Positions 57,321 to 64,000 of a stretch of DNA of 64,000 bases are shown in pieces. The stretch comes from Nitrospira sp. GTDB taxonomy: Bacteria > Nitrospirota > Nitrospiria > Nitrospirales > Nitrospiraceae. Numbering within the stretch: position 1 is the first letter of the stretch; the number at the start of each line of letters is the position of its first letter. Where the stretch lies: the NCBI GenBank assembly GCA_035968315.1, contig JAVYIN010000007.1, positions 92,996 to 156,995 of the forward strand, in the 5' to 3' direction. The position numbers were made by a program, and so were the translations under genes. The notes under the pieces are model-generated. The model was not told the origin of the DNA. It saw only the letters and a program-made list of their open reading frames with translations, and did no database searches.

Positions 57321-57467
57321 CGAGTCGATCTCCAGGGAGGATATGGCCAATGCCACAATTCTACTCTGAACGCCCTGGCGGCTGTCTCTCTTGTGCCGGT
57401 GATATTTCTGGAGAGGGTGTGGCTGCCGTGCCTGCGCTGGCCGTGAGATTTGTACTATACTCCGGCT

Positions 57468-57695
57468 ATGCCCATTCGCTCTGACCGTTCCTTCGCCGAG
57501 TCGCTCACCAGCGACCGCCGCCGGCAATTCTATGAAGATCATCGGTCCATTGCGGTATTGATGATCCTGATCGTGTTCCTCTCTCCCTTCGCCGGGCTCT
57601 ACGTGACGGGCCTGTTTGGCGCGGTGCTCGGCCTGCTCTCGTCCATCGTGGCGTATTACCTGACGCCGTTTATCTGGCTCACGATCGGTCGCTGA
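57468..57695 (+). CDS. Hypothetical small two-TM membrane protein
   Basis: MPIRSDRS... followed by the hydrophobic segments IAVLMILIVFLSPFAGLYVTGLFGAVLGLLSSIVAYYL. Confidence 0.4.
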   Translation: MPIRSDRSFAESLTSDRRRQFYEDHRSIAVLMILIVFLSPFAGLYVTGLFGAVLGLLSSIVAYYLTPFIWLTIGR

Positions 57696-57808
57696 CGGCA
57701 GTTTGTTCCCGTGGTCGCAGGAATGCGGACGTGACGGGACATGATGTCTCGTTGTCACTCATGCGAAATTCAGCGGATGGGGGATGCGGTGAATATGAAG
57801 TCGGTTCG

Positions 57809-59371
57809 CTAGGGAGTTTTCGGTTCAGCCGGCGCGGGAGAGGCTGGTGCAGGCCGTTCGAGGCGTTCGAGGACATCCTGCTTCAGCCTGGTGGGCTCTT
57901 CAATCCGGTTATCCCGCTGGAGGATATTAATTTCCTTGGCTTTTCTGGCGCTGAGGTCCGCCATGTCGTGTTCGTCCCGGACGAGCTGGGGAGTCAGGAA
58001 AACAAGCAGGTTGAGTTTTTCTGTCTGGCGGCTTTGAAACCGGAAAAGCCAGCCAATCAAGGGGATATCCCCGAGGAGGGGAACTTTTCGCTCGCTGATG
58101 GTGACGTTGTCCCGCACGAGTCCGCCCACCACGATGGTTTGATTGTCTCTGGCGATGGTGGTCGTTTCCATGGACCGTTTGGTCGTGGTGGGACCGACAG
58201 GGATGCTGGCGGTGCCTGATCCGATGGTTTGCGCCACGTTTTCAGCGATGGCGGTAATTTCCTGTTTGAGCTCCAGGCGGATGAGGTCGTCCTCCAGAAC
58301 CTGGGGGGTGAGTTCCAGTGTGACGCCGACGTCTTTCCGCTCAATGGTGACGAGGGTGCCGCCGGTGATGCCCTGGGCCTGGCCGGTCGGGAAAGGACGA
58401 TTTTCACCGACGACGATTTTGGCCTTCTGGTTATCGGCGGCCAGGACTTGCGGCGTCGAGAGAATGTTCGTGTCCGTAAGGCTCATGAGCAGCTGCAGGA
58501 AGGCGCGGACATTGACCGTGTTGAGAACGGCGGCGGTGCCCCCCGAGGCGACGCCGCTGATGGTCTGGGCGATGGCGGCCAGATCTTCCGGTGCGCGATT
58601 GAATCCCGCGATCCCCTGCAGCGCTCCTGCTTTGCCGGAACCGATGACTTGGAGGGGGTCGGTGCCGATCTGTCGAAGCCGGTCAACCTGCACTTCCAAA
58701 ATGACGGCCTCGACAAACACCTGTTTGCGGCGGGTATCCAAATCGTGAATAACCGATTGCAGGCGGCTGTATGCCGCCTTGGTGGCGCTGATGACAATGG
58801 CGTTCGTCGCTTTGTCGGCAAAGACTTGGACGGGGGCTTCGAATTCGGTCAGCGGCCGCATGGGGGGCCTCGTGCCCGGCGAGGTCTGGGCGACCGTTTG
58901 CGATCGGGCGACCAGGTTGGTCAGCACGGCGGCCAGGTCGGTGGCGTTGGCATGCTTGAGTTTGTACACGTACACACCACGCTCGGGAGGCAGTTCGCCC
59001 ATGGGGACGATTTGATGGATGCCGCCCTTGGCCACGACAGCCAGGCGGCTGACCTCCAGCGCGGAGACGAACATGCTATAGGCCTGATCCGGAGTCACCT
59101 TCGTGGGGGAAAAGACGGAGATCTTGATGTTCTGTTTTTTGATCGTATCGTCGAGGACGAAGTTCTTGCCCGTCAACTCGCTGATGAACCGGACAAAGAC
59201 CGGGATATCGACTTCATTGAAATCGAGGGTAATCTTGCCGGATGAGGTTCCCGGGGATTCGGCGTAGGCCGACATTGGCTGCATGGCCAGGAGGAGTGCC
59301 AAGGCCGCGCCAAGCCAGCGTCCCGTTCGGCGGGGTCGATACGGCGATGACAGGAACAAATCTCTAGCCAC
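57809..59371 (-). CDS. Secretin (GspD / type II-III secretion family outer-membrane channel)
   Basis: Signal peptide and N-domains (ITLDFNEVDIPVFVRFISELTGKNFVLD). C-terminal secretin core VPLLGDIPLIGWLFR...LLVFLTPQLV. Confidence 0.85.
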   Translation of the reverse strand: MARDLFLSSPYRPRRTGRWLGAALALLLAMQPMSAYAESPGTSSGKITLDFNEVDIPVFVRFISELTGKNFVLDDTIKKQNIKISVFSPTKVTPDQAYSMFVSALEVSRLAVVAKGGIHQIVPMGELPPERGVYVYKLKHANATDLAAVLTNLVARSQTVAQTSPGTRPPMRPLTEFEAPVQVFADKATNAIVISATKAAYSRLQSVIHDLDTRRKQVFVEAVILEVQVDRLRQIGTDPLQVIGSGKAGALQGIAGFNRAPEDLAAIAQTISGVASGGTAAVLNTVNVRAFLQLLMSLTDTNILSTPQVLAADNQKAKIVVGENRPFPTGQAQGITGGTLVTIERKDVGVTLELTPQVLEDDLIRLELKQEITAIAENVAQTIGSGTASIPVGPTTTKRSMETTTIARDNQTIVVGGLVRDNVTISERKVPLLGDIPLIGWLFRFQSRQTEKLNLLVFLTPQLVRDEHDMADLSARKAKEINILQRDNRIEEPTRLKQDVLERLERPAPASPAPAEPKTP

Positions 59372-59553
59372 AATCCCTCAATACGTATTGGACCTAGCCG
59401 ACAATGGACGAACGATCCCACCAGGGAAGCTATCATAGGGGGCGTGGAGAGACAACCGACGAGCAGATTTTTACCGGGGGGCTTCCGATGGGCCTCAGGA
59501 TTTTCCCGATTCCAGCCGATAGAGCGATATCAGATGGACAACGGGTACTTGCT

Positions 59554-59937
59554 ATGAACTCACAGCCCCTACACGATAAGGTTCAGGCGTTCGCACAACG
59601 CTTGCTTGACGAAGCACAGGGCGATCCTGTGCGTGCCTTGGGCCTTCTGGTGCTGGTCTTGGACGATGCCGAGCTGGAGTCTGGCGATCATGTGCATCGA
59701 CTGGTGGCGCAGGTTCGGAAAGTGCTCGTGCCGGAGCATGCCATTGAGTCCGGCCAGCCCATTCAGCATCTTGCCGGAGAGGCGTCCTGGGAAGGCGTCC
59801 AGCATTGTTTGCGATGTGGGAAGGTCCTCACGAAGCAGGGCCGCGACGTGGAACATGCGATCCTGTCCGGCTATGTCTATGAGGTGGGGTCCCGTGTGAC
59901 AGCGGATGCGTGCGATGATTTCGAGCCGTGCCAGTAG
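59554..59937 (+). CDS. Hypothetical protein
   Basis: The track ORF is 59404-59937. ATG 59554 (MNSQPLHDK...) is preferred because 59404 leaves only 32 nt to the divergent secretin start. No family recognised. Confidence 0.4.
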   Translation: MNSQPLHDKVQAFAQRLLDEAQGDPVRALGLLVLVLDDAELESGDHVHRLVAQVRKVLVPEHAIESGQPIQHLAGEASWEGVQHCLRCGKVLTKQGRDVEHAILSGYVYEVGSRVTADACDDFEPCQ

Positions 59938-60037
59938 GACGGGCCTTCCCGGATCGTCTTATTCGCTTGTTCTGACGAACAATCCCTCTTCTAATCGCCC
60001 CAATTAAAATAAAAGCCGAACCCTGCGTGTTGCGCCG

Positions 60038-61006
60038 TTATGCGGCGTGGTGGGCTGCGGTGGCGTCGGGAGTACGCTGGTCCTTTACGAAGACGCTGCC
60101 TTGGAGCGTTTTGGCGCGTTTCTTGAGTTCCGATGCGATCTTGCTGACATCGCCGGGATGGTCGATGGAACGGTGGCAGTTGGTCACCACGGCAATGGAC
60201 AAGCTCATGATGGGAAATTGTTCGCGGTTGCCTTTCCGATCGACGGAGTCGATATAGCCGCGCAGGCGCTCCTCCCGGTCGTAAAAGTCAGGAATCACCA
60301 GATCGAACCGCTTGATGATGGTCTCGCAGATGGCGTCGATACGGTCGGGCGCGCTCATGAAGACAAAATCGTCGCCGCCCACATGCCCGACAAAGCCTTC
60401 TGTTCCCGCCAGCTCGCTGACGACGGTGGAGAGGATGCGGCAGGTGACGACGAGGACTTCGTCGCCACGGCCATAGCCGTAGCGATCGTTGAAGGACTTG
60501 AAATTGTCGATGTCGAGATAGGCCAGCGCGAAGGGTTTGCCGCTCTCGATCCGTGCCGTGGTTTCAAACAGGATCGTGGTGTTGCCGGGAAGCCTGGTTA
60601 GCGGATTGGCATCGAGCGAGCGGGTTAGCCGGCTCATGCAGAGGCGCACCCGATGGACGATTTCGTCGGGGCGATAGGGCAGGCAGATATAGTCATCCAC
60701 GTGCAGGGCGCCCCAGTCGACATCGTTGAGCCGGCTTTCGCGGATGAGGACGATAAGGGGCAGCCGCCCCAAAAACGGGTCATTTTTCAGCTGCCGGGTC
60801 AGAGATTCGACCGATCGCCCGCTGGTCCCTTCTGCTGCCAGCATCAGGTGGGGCGGGTCATGGACAAGTTCATGCAGGGCGATGCTGGACAAATCCCCCG
60901 CCACGACCTGGTAGCCCGCGCTGGTGAGGAGGCTCGACAGGGATTCCATTTCGACGGGGTCGTTGTGGAGGATCAGCACCCGCTGGGTTGGTGTGGACTT
61001 GGTCAT
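60038..61006 (-). CDS. Response regulator with a GGDEF diguanylate-cyclase domain (REC-GGDEF)
   Basis: Receiver-like N-terminus. RYGYGRGDEVL and the GGDDF active-site variant in HVGGDDFVF. Confidence 0.85.
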   Translation of the reverse strand: MTKSTPTQRVLILHNDPVEMESLSSLLTSAGYQVVAGDLSSIALHELVHDPPHLMLAAEGTSGRSVESLTRQLKNDPFLGRLPLIVLIRESRLNDVDWGALHVDDYICLPYRPDEIVHRVRLCMSRLTRSLDANPLTRLPGNTTILFETTARIESGKPFALAYLDIDNFKSFNDRYGYGRGDEVLVVTCRILSTVVSELAGTEGFVGHVGGDDFVFMSAPDRIDAICETIIKRFDLVIPDFYDREERLRGYIDSVDRKGNREQFPIMSLSIAVVTNCHRSIDHPGDVSKIASELKKRAKTLQGSVFVKDQRTPDATAAHHAA

Positions 61007-61836
61007 AGATAGTCGTCGATGGCGAGAAATTCCTCTGACGCGGCGGCGAGGCAGCCGGCCAGAGTCTCGTCGGTCAATCCCACCAGCTCCCAGGCCTGGC
61101 GCGAGAGGGGCGGGATCAGGTCATCGCCAGGATTGCCGCAGGCCATGCCTTTGACGAGGATGTCGGCAACATGGACCACGGCGGTCTGGAGGGGGGCCTC
61201 CTGCGCCGCGCCCGGCTGATGGTGAAACATGATCGGCTCCCGGAGCGCGGTCGGCAAATGCCAGGCATTGGCCAGCCATCCGCCGACGTTGGCATGGGAG
61301 ACCTCGTACAATTCCTGTTCGACTTCAAACATCGGGCGGTCGCCAGCTGGATTCGCCGCTCGAATCTTGGTGCCCACTTCCGGCCATTTGACGTACAGAA
61401 TGACTTTGCCGATATCGTGCAGGAGGCCGGCGACAAAGACCTCTTCCGGGTTCTTCATATTCAAGTGTTTGCCGAGGATTTGCGAGGTGATGGCCACGCC
61501 GAGCGAATGCCGCCATAACTGCACCATGCCGGCGTCTTTCATGATGTCGTAGGCCGTCGCGCAGAGCGTGAGCCCTTTGACCACGTTAAGGCCGAGGATC
61601 ACCACGGCGTGCGGCACGGATGCGATGCGGGAAGGAAATCCGTAAAAAGGCGAATTCGCCAGGCGCAGGACTTTTGCCGCCAGCACCTGATCCTTTTCGA
61701 TCAGGGAGCCGATGTCTTCGGCGGAAACATTCGGCCGCCCGATCATCGAGGTCAGTTTCTGCACCACGTGCGGCAGGGTGGGCAGGTCGCCGAGTTGGCC
61801 GATTCGCTGACGGAAATCTGTGGCTGTGACGCTCAT
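61003..61836 (-). CDS. HDOD domain protein
   Basis: LPTLPHVVQKLTSMI..., DQVLAAKVLRLANSPFYG and LLHDIGK. 4-nt overlaps on both sides. Confidence 0.85.
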   Translation of the reverse strand: MSVTATDFRQRIGQLGDLPTLPHVVQKLTSMIGRPNVSAEDIGSLIEKDQVLAAKVLRLANSPFYGFPSRIASVPHAVVILGLNVVKGLTLCATAYDIMKDAGMVQLWRHSLGVAITSQILGKHLNMKNPEEVFVAGLLHDIGKVILYVKWPEVGTKIRAANPAGDRPMFEVEQELYEVSHANVGGWLANAWHLPTALREPIMFHHQPGAAQEAPLQTAVVHVADILVKGMACGNPGDDLIPPLSRQAWELVGLTDETLAGCLAAASEEFLAIDDYL

Positions 61837-62168
61837 GACGTGGAGGCTTCCCCTTCTGTGCCGGCAACGCCGTGTGTCTGCTGGAGGTGCAGGCGAAGGG
61901 CGGCCAGGATGTTCTGTTGGAGCGGATCGCGGATGACGCGGCGAAAGCGGTGCTCCAGCTCGGCTTCCAGTTCCGCCAAGGTCTTGCCGGTAGCGGTTCC
62001 GGCGTCTCCCTCGACATAGACCGACGTCAGCTCCAGGCGTTTGAGCCGGTCGATCATGGCGTCATCCAGGGTGGTGCCGGCCGAGATAATCGGGAGCCCG
62101 TTGGCATTGGTGACCGGTTTGGCGAGGACCATGCCGGGCAAGACTTCGGTGATGACCACGCGTTTCAT
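61833..62168 (-). CDS. Hypothetical small protein (resembles the DUF3391-type N-terminal module of HD-GYP proteins)
   Basis: VLPGMVLAKPVTNANGLPIISAGTTLDDAMIDRLKRLELTSVYVEG. It is the first gene of the HDOD/GGDEF operon. Confidence 0.5.
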   Translation of the reverse strand: MKRVVITEVLPGMVLAKPVTNANGLPIISAGTTLDDAMIDRLKRLELTSVYVEGDAGTATGKTLAELEAELEHRFRRVIRDPLQQNILAALRLHLQQTHGVAGTEGEASTS

Positions 62169-62526
62169 CGTCGTACGTTCCTACCGTTGGATCATTGAAA
62201 AACGCACTATCATGTGCAGAGGCGAGGACGCATGGATTCCAGCCATCGCCTGCTCTTCCGCAGAGGCTGTATCGGTTTTTCTGCTGATTTTCTGAAGGTT
62301 GAGCCCATCACGGAATTCCGTGGATGCCCACTGAGCGGTTCGGAGTGGGCAGTGGGAGAGCAGGAGATGGAGCTCGTCGCCTATCGCCGGTTTCGTGAGC
62401 AAGGAGTGGGCGGATCCTGCACGAGTGTTCAAAAATGGAAAGCCTGCTTGGCTAGTGACGGGCGTCACAAAAATAATTTTCACGAGAGATCAATGGGTTG
62501 ACCCATGGACGGCATTCCTGGTCTGA

Positions 62527-62541
62527 GGCGCATCGCTTGCA
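62527..62541 (+). promoter_or_regulatory. Sigma54-like -24/-12 element GGCGC-N5-TTGCA
   Basis: Read directly: aGGCGCatcgcTTGCAt against the consensus TGGCAC-N5-TTGCA. It lies about 130 nt upstream of the 62670 ORF. Confidence 0.3.
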
Positions 62542-62669
62542 TGGTAAAGGGGTTCCCTCGCTATCCCGGATGGCGCGGACTCCGATTAAGTCGCGTGAAT
62601 CGGTCACCGATAAGACTGACAACCCTTTCGGATCTGCAAGAGAGAACAAGAGAGAATAGAGATATTATT

Positions 62670-64000
62670 GTGCGTGCCGCAAAGAAATCGCCACTCAAAC
62701 CCGACCAGAAAAGCACAGCCCTGAACAGCAAGCGGGGTGGGGCCGACTATAGCAAGAAGGCCGCGCTGCTCGAAGACGCCATTGCCCAGATGAATGCCGG
62801 GAAGTATGGGCGATCGTCAGCGGCGCTGAAGGAACTGCTGGCCCTTGATCCCCTCAACCTGGAGGCTCGCCGGCTCTTTGCCACGCTGCATCTACGCCTC
62901 GGCAGTCTGCTGCCGGCCAGGCAAGCATTCGAGGCGTTGGCGAACGAGGCGTTGGAACGGCAAGACTACTGGCTGGCCGAATCACTGTTGCGGGAATATC
63001 TCGTGGCCGGTCCCCGCTGCGTGCCGTTCATCGAGAAGCTGGGGATTGTCTACCAGGAAAAGGGCGATGAACTTGCTGCGGCGGAAGAATTCGGCAAGGC
63101 CATCGACGTTCTGCTCGAAGATCCCGATACGGAGAATCCCAACAAGCCCACCCAGCTGTATGCCAAGATTCGTGAGCTGGCACCGGCAAGTCCTCCGGCG
63201 TTTCGTCTGGCGAATTATTTTGATGCGCAAACCGGAGAGCTGATTGTCCGTCCGGCGGCGGCCCCTGCTGAATTGAGCGTATCAGAGGCCTCTCCGTCTG
63301 AGTTGGTTGAACCAGCGATGCCAGAGGTGTCTCGCGATACTCTGCTGAGGCCCGACGAGCCGGTGTCCGGTGTGATGCCATGGGACCGAGTTGGGGAAGA
63401 GGGCTCTTCCGCCCCGTCATCCGGCTATCAGTCCGATATCACGGACTGGCAGATCTCTTCACCGCTGCCTGAGTCTGCGCAGGGCCAGATCGAAGCGGAG
63501 AGTGCCTCGGGAGCGGATCCTCGGACCGACTATTCATCGGACAGTCATGCCACAGAAGCGGCCGCGGTCGGCGAGCCGGTGGTGTCTTCCGAATCGACCT
63601 CTCAGGCTCCCATTCCCGATTCTCCGGCGTTGAACATCACGAGCGAGTCCATTGTCACGGATACGCCACTCTCTCGCGTAGAGGAGGGGCCGCAAGCGGT
63701 CCAGCCGGCTCAACCGATTGAATCCGTTCCGGCTCAGATGCCGTGGGATCAGGTGCAAGAGGTCACGGTTACCATCCCGCCAGTAGAAGCCAGTTCCGGC
63801 GTCGAATCACGACCGATGGATATTTCGTCTGCGGAGTCGCCAGCGGTGACTGCGTCCGAAGGACCCTGGTCTTATGACGCGAACGGTCCGCAAACTCCTT
63901 CGAATATAGAGACGGCCGCTGACTCGGTATCAGCCCCGATGCCGTGGGATCAAGTGCAAGATGTCACAGTGACGATTCCCCATGCCGACGAGTCCAGTGG
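62670..64000 (+). CDS. TPR-like N-terminal domain protein with a long acidic/Pro-Ser-rich tail carrying repeated MPWDQVQ(E/D)VTVTIP motifs; partial, runs off the window end
   Basis: Hand translated from GTG 62670: VRAAKKSPLKPDQKS...AIAQMNAGKYGRSSAALKELLALDPLNLEARRLFATLHLRLG... The frame is open to 64000. It is absent from the ORF track because there is no stop. The start codon is uncertain. Confidence 0.6.
   Translation, partial: MRAAKKSPLKPDQKSTALNSKRGGADYSKKAALLEDAIAQMNAGKYGRSSAALKELLALDPLNLEARRLFATLHLRLGSLLPARQAFEALANEALERQDYWLAESLLREYLVAGPRCVPFIEKLGIVYQEKGDELAAAEEFGKAIDVLLEDPDTENPNKPTQLYAKIRELAPASPPAFRLANYFDAQTGELIVRPAAAPAELSVSEASPSELVEPAMPEVSRDTLLRPDEPVSGVMPWDRVGEEGSSAPSSGYQSDITDWQISSPLPESAQGQIEAESASGADPRTDYSSDSHATEAAAVGEPVVSSESTSQAPIPDSPALNITSESIVTDTPLSRVEEGPQAVQPAQPIESVPAQMPWDQVQEVTVTIPPVEASSGVESRPMDISSAESPAVTASEGPWSYDANGPQTPSNIETAADSVSAPMPWDQVQDVTVTIPHADESS

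Noticed and set aside
57440-57467. A sigma70-type promoter (TATACT at about 57455) for the small membrane ORF.
   Set aside because: There is no acceptable -35 element at 16-18 nt spacing. The call would rest on a single hexamer.
56322-57758. The 478-aa version of the MtfA-like ORF. Other long N-terminal extensions appear in the track at 24682 for the M50 protease, 40769 for the HAD hydrolase, 45912 for holA, 47988 for rpsT and 40977 for der.
   Set aside because: The extensions are low-complexity or overlap the preceding gene. Internal ATGs coincide with the conserved N-termini of the respective families.
62181-62501. ORFs 62181-62483 (minus) and 62214-62501 (plus) in the large intergenic gap.
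   Set aside because: They are mutually overlapping, have no ribosome-binding sites or recognisable motifs, and have atypical composition. The region is more plausibly regulatory.

Overview
This is a high-GC chromosomal segment, about 60% GC by hand count of a few 60-nt lines rather than a full computation. It comes from a diderm bacterium, since LptE, a secretin and ADP-heptose genes are present. The organism cannot be identified from the sequence; the PAS/GAF-rich giant sensors are reminiscent of Nitrospira-like genomes, but that is only a guess. I can support about 60 protein genes and one tRNA-His.

The backbone is housekeeping: hldC (partial), gmhA, hemL, pyk, two M16 peptidases, an M20 peptidase, der, leuS-lptE-holA, rpsT and pyrF. 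It is interleaved with signalling genes: three very large Cache/PAS/GAF sensor proteins, an ECF sigma factor with a zinc-type anti-sigma factor, and a REC-GGDEF/HDOD operon.

Four patches look accessory:
- An orphan Cas02710-type CARF gene (10604-11860), followed by a four-helix-bundle (23S-IVS-type) gene bracketed by 17-20 nt inverted repeats.
- An AT-rich patch (about 12900-14870) with a nearly charge-free Cys-containing membrane protein, a secreted SNase-type nuclease and a small acidic ORF.
- A translationally coupled secreted barnase-type RNase and barstar pair (16925-17901).
- An island of about 8 kb directly 3' of tRNA-His (48297-56300). It carries a type I R-M system in R-M-S order, interrupted by an AlbA_2/HATPase_c_4 gene. 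It is extended by a coupled small-protein/DUF2283 pair and ends in decayed DUF433/PIN-like remnants.

I saw no CRISPR array, rRNA, transposase or integrase. All family names come from motif recognition by eye and need HMM or structure confirmation.
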